Sequence record: KJ190158
Length of the DNA: 64,000 bases
Reading direction: 5' to 3' (one strand)
From: Escherichia phage FFH2
Shown here: positions 27,824 to 37,565 of the stretch, piece by piece
How the letters are laid out: every line of letters starts with the position of its first letter
Position numbering within the stretch: position 1 is the stretch's first letter
Made by a program: the position numbers and the translations under genes
Notes under the pieces: model-generated
Databases searched by the model: none
Told to the model about the DNA's origin: nothing
Seen by the model: the letters and a program-made list of their open reading frames with translations, nothing else

Positions 27824-28156
27824 ATGGGTATACCGATCACTGTAAAAGAATTGAATGAACGTGATGCAGGTGGTCTATGGCCTGCACGAAAAATACGCTG
27901 CATCCGTATGAAAGAGAACCTTGAGCATCTTGAGCAACAGAAACGGATTGAGGTTGGCGATATTTTCGAAGTATTTTATTCTGATCGCCGTAACTGGGAA
28001 ACCATTCAACCTTCCGGTTTTGTTCTTGCTAAGCTTGACACTGGAGAAGTGATTGTTCCTGGGTTGGATATTGTCTTCGAAATTATACAGGAGTGGGATC
28101 CGGACAAGATTAGATACGAAGAGCTATTCGGTGAAGGTATTATCAAACCTGTGTGA
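27824..28156 (+). CDS. hypothetical protein
   Basis: ATG with tggaggagat RBS. Confidence 0.45.
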   Translation: MGIPITVKELNERDAGGLWPARKIRCIRMKENLEHLEQQKRIEVGDIFEVFYSDRRNWETIQPSGFVLAKLDTGEVIVPGLDIVFEIIQEWDPDKIRYEELFGEGIIKPV

Positions 28157-28164
28157 GGTGGATT

Positions 28165-28464
28165 ATGTCTACAAAGGCGGCTAAATACTCCTATATGCCA
28201 TCAACCTCTGCAGAGGTAGACTTTAGTTTCGATGTGTTTCCACTGTTTGAGGTGGTTCTGGCATACCCAACAATACTATCTACTCCTGAATCACTTGTGC
28301 CTGTTAAGTTGCAGAACGCTATGCATTACATGCACTACAACAACAAATGTAGGCACAGATGGTGTCAGGACGAGGAAAAAGATTTGGATAGTTTGAGAGA
28401 TTTTGACAGTCACCTTTTGACACCTTTCAGCTACTCCAACCTTGATAAGCCCTCGTGGGTATAG
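28165..28464 (+). CDS. hypothetical protein
   Basis: ATG with gaggtggatt RBS. Confidence 0.4.
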   Translation: MSTKAAKYSYMPSTSAEVDFSFDVFPLFEVVLAYPTILSTPESLVPVKLQNAMHYMHYNNKCRHRWCQDEEKDLDSLRDFDSHLLTPFSYSNLDKPSWV

Positions 28465-28488
28465 CAAAATATCAAATTTAAGACACCT

Positions 28489-28516
28489 AGGACGCTCTGT
28501 GGCGTCCTTTTCTTTA
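28489..28516 (+). terminator. rho-independent terminator
   Basis: aggacgctctgtggcgtcct followed by tttctttat. Confidence 0.65.
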
Positions 28517-28824
28517 TCTGGTGCACGATTGCATACCTTGGGTAGTTAATCTCATTACAGAGCGTTTAAGAGCTCCCTACAAACAACTCCATATTTCGAG
28601 CGTAGCGAGAACGCACGTCCGTTTTGACCCAAATCACCATACGCTCGGATTTTAACCAAACCCTCGCGGCGTTTCTGTGGACACATTACCGATCCAGTGA
28701 TAGTATCCACACATAGTTTGTAGAATATGGAGTACACAATGAGAACATTGTCCGAAGTTTTAGTGGTGATCCTGATGATCATTACGTCCATAGCGGCTGT
28801 TGCCGGAATACTCACGGGTGGAAC

Positions 28825-29037
28825 ATGATCAACACACATGCATCTGAAGAGACATCCGAAGGAGTTACCATCTGTCCCTTGGCTGAGCCAGTGAAAGAGG
28901 AAAACTTCGATTCTGAAGATTATCCATCTCCGTCCCAGGTAGATCCTGAGGCTGATGACCTAACGTGGGAAGACATCGTAGATATCTGGTTCTCTATTAT
29001 GCCTGAGCACGAAGAGTTCAGGGGTGGTAGACTATGA
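28825..29037 (+). CDS. hypothetical acidic protein
   Basis: ORF. Preceded by a 29-aa hydrophobic peptide ORF (28738-28827) and a TGGACA-17-TAGTAT promoter-like site (28677-28705). Confidence 0.4.
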   Translation: MINTHASEETSEGVTICPLAEPVKEENFDSEDYPSPSQVDPEADDLTWEDIVDIWFSIMPEHEEFRGGRL

Positions 29038-29156
29038 AGCACCGAGCCCACACAGGTTCCTCATACTAAAGCATGGCCTGAAGAGGCAAACGTGCATAAT
29101 TCCTGCGCATTTGGACGTATAATCCTGTTCACACTCTCATTTCCAGAGGAGATTTT

Positions 29157-29372
29157 ATGAAGATAGAAATATTTGGTGGAGCTGACAACACTCGTGGCCT
29201 GATTTACCTTGAATTTGATGAATCATACCTGCCAGAGGTGTTAAATATAGACTCTGTTGCTGAGGCTTTGGGAGTAAACCCTAAAGAACTCCACTCTTGT
29301 GCTGAGATCGATGGTTGGGAAGAGACCATGAACATTGATTTCAGTGAAGTAGAGGATGAACCGCTGGACTGA
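29157..29372 (+). CDS. small acidic protein (MKIEIFGG..., family-like)
   Basis: gaggagatttt RBS. Last + strand gene before the ORF-free region. Confidence 0.4.
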   Translation: MKIEIFGGADNTRGLIYLEFDESYLPEVLNIDSVAEALGVNPKELHSCAEIDGWEETMNIDFSEVEDEPLD

Positions 29373-30823
29373 CACACAATTAGCTGCCCGGCTAAAGTGC
29401 TGGAAGCACCTATAACACATCTTTCAACTAAATTTCCTACCACCACAATCACTTACCTCCCACACATGACTGTTTGCTTGTTTAGTGAGCAGTCATGCCT
29501 TGACATTCTTGCCTATCCTGATAAAATTAAGTTCTTCTCTTTTCTTTTACCGAGTAATTCGGGTTTTCTGTTCTCTTCGGTTTGAAGGGGTATAGAGATA
29601 CACCTGAGTGAACAGGGTGAACAACCGAACATTTGGCTATGGCATTAGCATGGCGAAGCGGACGGGTGACGAAAGAGGGGCCGGAGGACACCAGTCACTG
29701 CCATATGATATATGGGTGATAACCTGAAGAGTCTGAATAAGTGTTTAAGTACCAGTCAGAGGAAAAGGTGAATGGTAGCCGAAGGGGGAGGGGGGTTTCT
29801 TGTATCTTTAATTTGTATATTATGTATACACTTGTAAACCAATCTCATCTGAATTTGTTTACCACACAAAGTGGATAGGGACAAATATTACCTATTAAAC
29901 TTGAATTATTTATAGAAATACCACAACACCACTTAAGTCTTTGATTTTACACACAAATCCTACAGATATTCACCCTCCATATTTAACATACCTGTAACAT
30001 ATTCCATACCCTACCTGACCGATCAATTCACCCAACTACATCCCCATATTTTCCCTGTCTGTACTACCCCTGCCCCGCCGGGAGTCCCGTCATATCTGGC
30101 TTTCCAGCAAATATCACACCCACAAATATCATTGCCTGAAGAGGGTTTCATCCCATAATACATGCCTTACCTGAAGAGCGCTTCATACACCACGTAAATT
30201 TTTTAATTGACCCCCTCCCCGCCGCCGGAGAGGTTGGCTTTTCCCACACAGACCTGAAGAGTCAGCCAGAAATATCTGAACAGGTCCAGCTATGCCACGA
30301 TTTTGTGCTTGTCCTACAGGAGTGCCTCCCTGTCAGGAGCCGGTAGCGACTGGAGTGCTGCCAGGCGGACGAAATGGGAATCATTCTCATTCTTATAACA
30401 ATTCTCAAATATCGAGGCAGTGAGGCAAATTAATAGGTGAGGCCGTTCACACAATGGCACAACATTTGCAACCTATCTTGTGGGAGTGAATGAGAATACC
30501 TATCATTGTGAGAATAGTTATCATTACGGGCAATTTAACATAATACCCATTATGCGCACCACTGGCGATCCATACAGGGATTGATAACATGGGTTACTGT
30601 TTACACACATAACAATTATATTTCTTACTATTTGTGTGGGATATAGTTAGCAGCCGATAGATTAGATATTGACCTGTAGACTTCCAACCGTCCAGACGTC
30701 TAAACGCCCACACAACAAGGGTTATACATACACAACTGAATGTAAACAGGGCCGCAAAAATGCTACCATACAAGCTTGTAAATTTTTCATGCAGCACTTG
30801 ACAAAGAGGAGGAAAACTTGTCT

Positions 30824-30894
30824 GACACTTTAGACACAATAGTGACATAATATGACATAATGGTGACACTGAACATAATTGACATGCCTGACTG
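30824..30894. repeat. helically phased array of TGACA pentamers (about 8 copies at ~10-11 bp spacing)
   Basis: TGACA/AGACA at 30824, 30833, 30844, 30854, 30865, 30881, 30890 (plus 30800) in an ORF-free region. Confidence 0.6.
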
Positions 30895-30928
30895 TTTACA
30901 TAGCTAACTATTCATACAGAAATGATAA

Positions 30929-31161
30929 GCCATGCCATTCGTTTGCATGATAATAATTAACTTGTTTACAATAGATGACATAATATAAAAGCAGGGCAAC
31001 TATTAGAAGATCTATAGTTGCCTTGCTTGTTATGTCATGATTAACTAAATACAAGGCAACTATGATCTGATTAATAGTTTGCAGACAAACTATCACGGGG
31101 GTGATGGTTACTGCTTTTATATTATGTCGCGACTCCGTCGCGCCATGCCATTCGTTTGCAT
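30929..31161. repeat. nested repeat structure: 20-bp direct repeats flanking 18-bp inverted repeats that enclose caactat inverted iterons
   Basis: gccatgccattcgtttgcat occurs at 30929-48 and 31142-61; gacataatataaaagcag at 30977-94 pairs with ctgcttttatattatgtc at 31111-28; ggcaactat..atagttgcc at 30995-31022. Confidence 0.6.
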
Positions 31162-31774
31162 AGTTGCCTTATTGTTACAGATAAAATAATTGTATTGTTA
31201 ATTATTTCTTATCTTTCTCTTAGTCATCTAATGATTCCAGTCAGTATAGTAATGTACAGTAAACATTAGACGACTAAAGATTTCTCTGTTTATTATAACT
31301 TACCGTGACAATTTCAGGCTGTTTACGAAAAATGTTGACACCTGGGCCGATTTATGTTATGCAGTTTACACGAATAATTATTTTATGCAGGTATTGACTA
31401 TTCCGTTATTCTATGGTTGGAATAAATACTTAGCAGACTATAGAATGGTGAGCGTACGTAAATTCTGAGATCTGGCGGCTATAGTTATACTCGATTTTTC
31501 ACGTAGAACACGCTTTTGTTAGTGTGTAAGTGTATGACTTATAAAGATTTTTAGTTGTTGACAAGATATTGAAGATGTGCATCAGGTTAAATTTTGTGCA
31601 ATAGCGGCATTACGTGCAATTTTGAGAGAGAAAACGGGTAAAAATGGCCTTGCTATCACACAATGAAAAATTATGCAATAGTTATTTTACATGTATGTTT
31701 GTACAGTGTGTGGGATTGATGGCTAGTCAATTATTCCACTTGCCAGGCTGGGCCGTTTGTGGTAGGAGAAATAC

Positions 31775-31808
31775 AGACAAAAAGAAAGGGGCCTTTTAAA
31801 GCCCCTGA
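31775..31808 (-). terminator. rho-independent terminator ending the leftward early cluster
   Basis: On the - strand: aggggctttaaaaggcccct followed by ttctttttgtc. Confidence 0.65.
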
Positions 31809-31824
31809 TAGTTTAGTTAAGAAA

Positions 31825-32244
31825 TTATAATGATTCGTATATTTCATAGATTCGATTTGCCAGGTCGTTACGGTAGCGGAATTTTTCCTCACGTTTGATC
31901 ATCAGATCTTTAAAGCCATATTCTTTAAGCACTTCATTAACTTTATGGCGGCATACCTTCATATTATCCTGTGCGTCACCAATAAACCTGTTGCTATGGT
32001 GCATGGCTTTAATTTCTTCTTCCAGGACCAGAGCAACTATGCGGACCGGATCAAGCTGATAGGCGGTAACATCCATGCGGCATTGTAAACGACTTTTTAC
32101 GTCTGCCACCGGATATACTGCAACCTCTTCCCCGTCAACATTGACAATAATTAGTTTACCATCGATTTCGAATCCTTTCGCCGCCGGACCGTGACAAAAA
32201 GCGTTATCAAAGCTATATGCCGGATTATTAGATTTAATGTTCAT
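31825..32244 (-). CDS. hypothetical protein (139 aa)
   Basis: ORF; own promoter at 32294-32322 (TTGACA-17-TATATT, - strand). Confidence 0.5.
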   Translation of the reverse strand: MNIKSNNPAYSFDNAFCHGPAAKGFEIDGKLIIVNVDGEEVAVYPVADVKSRLQCRMDVTAYQLDPVRIVALVLEEEIKAMHHSNRFIGDAQDNMKVCRHKVNEVLKEYGFKDLMIKREEKFRYRNDLANRIYEIYESL

Positions 32245-32293
32245 GGTGTTTTTACCTCTTAGTTAATTTTCTTACAACTTCCCTTCAAAAAAG

Positions 32294-32322
32294 AATATAG
32301 CAAAACTGCCGATCCTTGTCAA
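32294..32322 (-). promoter_or_regulatory. sigma70 promoter (TTGACA-17-TATATT)
   Basis: The -35 lies inside the palindrome atccttgtcaaccaaggat. Confidence 0.55.
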
Positions 32323-32390
32323 CCAAGGATAGCATAATTTTTATGTGATCAAGGGGCTTTATTGCCCCCCTGATCGTGCAACTTGTTGTA

Positions 32391-32654
32391 TTATTTGTTG
32401 CTCATCCAGTTTTCCCAAGCTGCCTGATAATCTGCCTCACTGCGGCGGATCTCTTCTTGTTCTTCAAGCCGGATCTCTTCTTCCAGGTACCCCAGGATAT
32501 CGGCTTTTTTGGTCTGGCGTAACATCCAATCATCTTTTTTACGAGTAAAGATCTTATAAGCTTTCTCGCAAACCTCTTTTTTGCTACCTTTTTGGACTTC
32601 AAGAACACGATAAGCCATATATTGAACTAGTTTGAGCTGGTCAAGACGTTTCAT
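32391..32654 (-). CDS. hypothetical basic protein (87 aa)
   Basis: ORF; upstream hairpin gggccttttggccc. Confidence 0.45.
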   Translation of the reverse strand: MKRLDQLKLVQYMAYRVLEVQKGSKKEVCEKAYKIFTRKKDDWMLRQTKKADILGYLEEEIRLEEQEEIRRSEADYQAAWENWMSNK

Positions 32655-32714
32655 AGTGTTTTCCTCTTTGTGCGGTTCTGATTAGTGGGCCTTTTGGCCC
32701 GTGTCATTATCTTA

Positions 32715-32987
32715 TTACTTATGGCGGCAGAATTCAAGCGTTTTTAATTGATAATCTTCCTCAGCCTGGAGTACTACCGCCTCGATCATTTCGTTGGCAT
32801 TGTTAAAGCCATAACCTTTAGCGAACTCATCCGCGCCACCTTCGTGATCATGTTCTGCGTTCATCGCTTCCACAAAATGGAATTCCAAATTGTTGAGGTA
32901 GGGGCTTGATGTTCCGTCCTCTTTTTCGATGAGATCCCAGATAGCATTAAAACGTGATTCGACTTCTTGATTAATCCAGCTTGACAT
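32715..32987 (-). CDS. hypothetical acidic protein (90 aa)
   Basis: ORF; promoter TTGACA-17-TAACAT at 33042-33070 and 5' hairpin gggcacttttgccc. Confidence 0.45.
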   Translation of the reverse strand: MSSWINQEVESRFNAIWDLIEKEDGTSSPYLNNLEFHFVEAMNAEHDHEGGADEFAKGYGFNNANEMIEAVVLQAEEDYQLKTLEFCRHK

Positions 32988-33198
32988 AATGTTTTCCTCT
33001 CTTCTGGTTGTTGTGTGGGCACTTTTGCCCCTTCAAGATAAATGTTACCCCACCCCCTGGCAGATGTCAACGGTTTTTATAGTTCTTATATGACAGGCAG
33101 GCCCGGTGATTGTCTCCCCCCGTCGCCAGGTGCCTGCCGTTGAATAAGTATAACAAAAAACAGGACCATTGCAAGCCCTGTTTTCTAGTCAATAAGGA

Positions 33199-33390
33199 TT
33201 ATATTTTTTCGCCTATGTAGTCCGGTCGGTTTTTCTCTGTCATGCGCTTTAGCAATTCTTGCATGTTACTTATGGCTTGTAGTGTATCCCCTTCCAGGCT
33301 TGAATCAACATAATCAGGATCGTCTATGACCTTTCTATGATTATGATAACGCAGTACCGCTAATACCTTTCTAACTTGTTCGATATTCAT
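33199..33390 (-). CDS. hypothetical protein (63 aa)
   Basis: ORF. Confidence 0.35.
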   Translation of the reverse strand: MNIEQVRKVLAVLRYHNHRKVIDDPDYVDSSLEGDTLQAISNMQELLKRMTEKNRPDYIGEKI

Positions 33391-33539
33391 TTTTACCGCT
33401 CTTTAAAACAAGGTGCCAACCGTTTCCAATAGATCACTGACTACCAGGACAATACTGATCAGCACATACCTAACCATAAGGGGAAAGAGCGCCAGCGATC
33501 CCGCCACAATCCCCAAGGTGATGATTATCTTTCTCATGG

Positions 33540-33824
33540 TTAACGGTTTACGTAAGCTTTACCGTTTACGGTGATGGGCAGATCTTCCAGGTCTGGATCT
33601 TCCTTAAGGTCGCGAGCAAGCTCACCGCACCGGATACCCTCGAATCCGTAGTACTCTGTCGTGCCGTCCTGGAAAGTTTTAGCGGCAAGGCATAAGCGAT
33701 AAGTAACCCCGATTTGATTGACGGCATGAATATCCGTTAGATTAACCTCTTTTGCCAGCTCTTTAGCCATTACAGGCGCATTAAGTCCAACAACCAGGGC
33801 AACCACTGCGATCATCTTTTTCAT
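33540..33824 (-). CDS. small secreted/periplasmic protein (signal peptide)
   Basis: N-terminal MKKMIAVVALVVGLNAPVMA|KE signal-peptide pattern. A 44-aa hydrophobic peptide ORF (33408-33536) follows. Confidence 0.45.
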   Translation of the reverse strand: MKKMIAVVALVVGLNAPVMAKELAKEVNLTDIHAVNQIGVTYRLCLAAKTFQDGTTEYYGFEGIRCGELARDLKEDPDLEDLPITVNGKAYVNR

Positions 33825-33915
33825 TGTGTCTATCCTCTTTCTGCTACGTTTAAGGCGGCGGTAACCGCCTGTTTATGCTTTGTTGGTTAATTTTCGGGTA
33901 TCGGTATAAATTAAA

Positions 33916-34131
33916 CTATGCTGTACGCTCAACTATAACAACGGTTTGGGGGATCTCCCCTTCCACCACTAGTAAGGCCTTTTTCTGCGTGATAGATATC
34001 TTTACCCGTTGCAGCGTGGCGGTGAAGTCTTTCATTTCGTCACGTGGTGTTTTAGTGCAATGCCAGATTTCAGGCTTGCCGATCTGTAAGTTGCGTAAAA
34101 ATTCTGTTTTTCCTGTTTTGTTAGTGATCAT
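33916..34131 (-). CDS. hypothetical protein (71 aa)
   Basis: ORF. A 34-aa hydrophobic peptide ORF (34144-34245) lies upstream. Confidence 0.35.
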   Translation of the reverse strand: MITNKTGKTEFLRNLQIGKPEIWHCTKTPRDEMKDFTATLQRVKISITQKKALLVVEGEIPQTVVIVERTA

Positions 34132-34322
34132 TTGTCAACCTCACCCGATACCGTTGGAAGACAAGATCACATTAGCCATGGTTGCAATCAGGCCAATACC
34201 TAAGGCAATAACCAGGATCACAGCATCAATTAATTTTTGTTTCATGGTGTTTATTCTCTTCTGTTAGTAACCTTATTCATGGGGCCGTAGCAGCGGCCCC
34301 AGGGTAAGGCGGCTATATGCTT

Positions 34323-34568
34323 TTAGTGTTTCATTCCAACCATCGCGGCACGGATCGCCGTAGTGCTGTACTTGAAGCCGTCCGGGGTCTTATCTTGTCC
34401 GGTTAGCTCCAGAAAAAGCATCATATCCCGCGCCGCATCATTACGATTAGCATTGGCGTTAATAAAGCCTTGGGCCAACCGGTACAATGACTCATCGTTA
34501 TTAATCCAAAGGCTTACATTCCAATGAGTTTTGTTTTTGTAACCGTTATAACCTTTATTGCTTTTCAT
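34323..34568 (-). CDS. hypothetical protein (81 aa)
   Basis: ORF. Confidence 0.4.
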   Translation of the reverse strand: MKSNKGYNGYKNKTHWNVSLWINNDESLYRLAQGFINANANRNDAARDMMLFLELTGQDKTPDGFKYSTTAIRAAMVGMKH

Positions 34569-34914
34569 GGTGTTTACCTCTTCTTTGTTCCAGGTGGCGG
34601 ATCATTCTACCACCTTATGTATTATGCTTTGTTAGATGGTTGTTTGTTGTCAAACTATTTTAACGATAATCATCATATGCTTTATTGACCTGGCGAATAT
34701 AACATTCAAAAGCTAGATCAATAGATTTATATTCACGGATATATTCACCGTAGGAAACCACATACATTTCTATAGCTTCCTCATATGCGAGTAGAATAGA
34801 ATCTAAGCCTACGATCTCAGTCTTTGCAATAATAGCCATGATTTTTATCCTCTTTGTGGTTGGTGGGGCTTGTTGCCCCCTTTGATTTATATATTACAGT
34901 CTTATATGGTCATG

Positions 34915-35148
34915 TCAACTATTTTCAAAAAATTTTTCTGCTGTGATATTCTTCCCGGTAGGGTTCGCTACTTTCAAAATTTTATCATGCACTGGACGCC
35001 CAAAAGAATAAGCGCCGTACACAGTAAACCAATAATCGCCGTCAGGTTGTACTATTACCGCCGCATATGGTACGCCTTTTTCGTTTTTGCTGACAAAATA
35101 GATCACATTGCCATTAATAGCCTCAGCGCGTTTAATTTGTTCCATCAT
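34915..35148 (-). CDS. hypothetical protein (77 aa)
   Basis: ORF; upstream hairpin ggggcttgttgcccc. Confidence 0.4.
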   Translation of the reverse strand: MMEQIKRAEAINGNVIYFVSKNEKGVPYAAVIVQPDGDYWFTVYGAYSFGRPVHDKILKVANPTGKNITAEKFFENS

Positions 35149-35202
35149 GATGATTTACCTCTCTTTATTTTCATAATTGGGGCCTTTTCGGCCCCGCCAG
35201 GT

Positions 35203-35487
35203 TTATTTATTGATAGCGTGCAGTGGGAAAGGTACGCCAGGTTGATAAATAACCTTTACAACCTCATCAGGACAAAAGAAGTTGCAGAACTCACCGCAAT
35301 ATGCCTCATCCTCTTTCAACTCTTCATCAACATACTCAAAAAAGTAGTCGATGCTTGGATAATCCTGGCCGGGATTATAGTCAACCATCGTTAATAATAA
35401 CTCTTGATCATTCCGTAGGATGTGCATACCCGCTTTTAAGTATTTTGCTTCCATTTCTACTACATCGCCAGCGGTAACAATAGCCAT
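35203..35487 (-). CDS. hypothetical acidic protein (94 aa)
   Basis: ORF; promoter TTGCAT..caatatggaTAATAA and 5' hairpin gggggaggccccc upstream. Confidence 0.45.
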   Translation of the reverse strand: MAIVTAGDVVEMEAKYLKAGMHILRNDQELLLTMVDYNPGQDYPSIDYFFEYVDEELKEDEAYCGEFCNFFCPDEVVKVIYQPGVPFPLHAINK

Positions 35488-35689
35488 GATTTTAACTCCT
35501 ATCTATCTGGTCAACGATTGGGGGCCTCCCCCTCGACAACTCTTATTATCCATATTGTCGGGAATGATGCAAGTACTTCTTTAAAAATTTTTTAAGCGCC
35601 CCGTATGCCGTTGTAACGCCAAAATAATAAAGGCCATGCGGTTGCATGGCCTTTATGTGATTATATTGCTGCAGGCCCTGCTAGGGGCC

Positions 35690-36040
35690 TTATTTTGCAT
35701 TCTTGCCTGTATTGCCGCCACGGTACCAGCGTCTGCGGTGAAAATGGTAATAATCACCCTCGGCATTAAACATCAGATGATTTTCAATAACCAGCTTACG
35801 AAGGTAGGCCGGATCTTGTTCCATTCTTGCCAGATTCCAGCGGCTGTTACGTAAGCGTATAAATTCCATATTCAGGCCGTTGATTGCAGTATGGATGTCA
35901 AAGTAACCACCTTTGAGACGTTCACGCATGGCGTTAAGCTCAACACAATATACAGATTTCTCACAAATCAAGGTATTAGCTATGGCGCGGACCTGGGCAA
36001 GGGGGTTAAGCTCATTAAGGTAATATAGTTTTATTTTCAT
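35690..36040 (-). CDS. hypothetical protein with basic C-terminus (116 aa)
   Basis: ORF. Confidence 0.45.
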   Translation of the reverse strand: MKIKLYYLNELNPLAQVRAIANTLICEKSVYCVELNAMRERLKGGYFDIHTAINGLNMEFIRLRNSRWNLARMEQDPAYLRKLVIENHLMFNAEGDYYHFHRRRWYRGGNTGKNAK

Positions 36041-36057
36041 AAAATCACCTGCTGAAA

Positions 36058-36366
36058 TTAGTTTGAGAAAACATCGTTCACAATAGCGATCACAATGCCG
36101 CCCACCTTGTCACGGTCAACAACGCACAAATCACCATAGATCATGCGGTAGTCTGGATGATCTTTCACAGAATAGTCAATAAGTGTTTTCTTGTCGTCCA
36201 GCTTCGTAACTTCCATTCTCATAACGATATGAGAATCATCAAAGGCATTATTCCGAAAAGTCATAGCCTGACCGCCAGGGCACCCGGTGATCTCCACTTC
36301 CACACCATCTACGATCTGACCATCAAAGAAATAAAGATTATTAGCCTGGATAAACATGTCTATCAC
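36058..36366 (-). CDS. hypothetical protein (102 aa)
   Basis: ORF; conserved 45-bp element copy 1 immediately upstream. Confidence 0.45.
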   Translation of the reverse strand: MIDMFIQANNLYFFDGQIVDGVEVEITGCPGGQAMTFRNNAFDDSHIVMRMEVTKLDDKKTLIDYSVKDHPDYRMIYGDLCVVDRDKVGGIVIAIVNDVFSN

Positions 36367-36403
36367 TCCTTGTTAACTGCGTGGTCTTTTAACAGGGTTT
36401 AAA

Positions 36404-36448
36404 TTTACTTTATTGATGGCCCTGAAGTCAAGGCCATCTAAAAATAAA
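36404..36448 (-). repeat. conserved 45-bp intergenic element, copy 1 (hairpin GATGGCC..GGCCATC with TTGACT in loop, then CAATAAAGTAAA)
   Basis: Near-identical copies at 40146-40190 and 40764-40810. On the - strand it reads as -35 TTGAC(T/G) plus 18 bp plus TAAA(C/T)T. Confidence 0.6.
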
Positions 36449-36450
36449 TT

Positions 36451-36651
36451 TTACAGGCCTACAATCTCTTTGATTCGTTTAACCGCCGCCTCAGCGCCTT
36501 GGGGGTAAAAATTATGGTAACCAATCACGCGAGTGATACTAATCGCCGTTTGATGATCTTCATAGTCGCCCTTGAAGATTTCTTGACCGTCAATCAGCAC
36601 GGCAATTTTTTCTTCTTTTTTGAAGTTAATAACGCGGATATTGTTGCTCAT
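36451..36651 (-). CDS. hypothetical protein (66 aa)
   Basis: ORF; promoter and ggggaaacatcccc hairpin upstream. Confidence 0.4.
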   Translation of the reverse strand: MSNNIRVINFKKEEKIAVLIDGQEIFKGDYEDHQTAISITRVIGYHNFYPQGAEAAVKRIKEIVGL

Positions 36652-37129
36652 TTTTGTTTCTCCTTTCTGGTTTTTGTGTTGGTGGGGATGTTTCCCCGTT
36701 GATTGTTATTATCCATATTGCGGACCAGATTGCAACACCCTGGAAGAAAAATTTTTTGAAAAAGTTAAGCCCCCATGATCGGGGGCGTTATCAGTTACTT
36801 ATAGCAATAAAGTACATTCCTACCCCTAACAATATTTCAAGGGCGATGATCTCAAGCCATACCATAACACGGCGCACCTTATCAGCGCATGGCTTATCCT
36901 TGGTTGTCATCGTCTCCCCCTTCCCTCCTGTTAGTAGTGACGTGGTTTACAATGGCCCCCAGGAGTCCTATCACCACGCACACCACAAGAAAAATTATCT
37001 CCGCTGTTGTTCGATCCATTGTTATAAAATTCCTCAAGATCAGGCCTGAAAATAAAGCGTTCGTTATTGAATCCGTCACGCCAGGCGGCTGGCTTCAAAT
37101 CTTCACTAAAGGGATTAATTAACGTGACG

Positions 37130-37503
37130 TTATTTAAACGGCTGGTCCACATATTTTCTATTCCTCTCAAATAGGCGATCCGCCTCAGTTAAACATATCT
37201 CATGGGCTTGGTCTCTGGTTTTAGCCTCATCAAAAACCTGTTGTGCCAGGCTGCAGCGTAGGGAGACTGGAAGATCACTATAATAGGCGTTGACAAACGT
37301 TTGTGCGTCATACAGGTCGGAAAACACTTTACCCTTTCTATTATCGCCCTTGTCAACAATTGCAAGGATAACCAATACAATAGTTGCAACCACTCCCAGG
37401 AAAATAGATATAACAAACCATAGAAAAGCGGATCTACCTATCTTGCCAGCGATCCAGGCGTTGAACAAGGCAACTACTACAGCCAAAATAATAAATTCCA
37501 TTC
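37130..37503 (-). CDS. membrane protein (2-3 TM helices; start ATG 37503)
   Basis: gaggtacatag RBS; hydrophobic stretches. Confidence 0.45.
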
Positions 37504-37565
37504 TATGTACCTCTTTTGCAGTTCTGTTTAACAATAAGGCGGCAAATATGCCGCCTGTTACCTGA

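Noticed and set aside
29700-31200. CRISPR-like array suggested by the repeat density
   Set aside because: The repeats are heterogeneous (pentamers, 9-mers, 18-20-mers), irregularly spaced, and include inverted symmetry. There is no constant repeat/spacer periodicity and there are no cas genes.
29400-31800. Possible tRNA cluster in the ORF-free region (common in large lytic phages)
   Set aside because: No cloverleaf candidates with a GTTCGAAT-type T-loop or CCA-adjacent acceptor pairing were visible by eye, so I report none. tRNAscan-SE would be decisive.
34870-35394. 174-aa + strand ORF overlapping three minus-strand early genes
   Set aside because: No promoter or RBS. It overlaps three independently promoted, well-formed minus-strand genes, so it is probably spurious.
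36654-37122. Plus-strand ORFs 36654-37049 and 36889-37122
   Set aside because: Pro/Ser/His-rich low-complexity translations antisense to minus-strand genes and promoters, with no start context.
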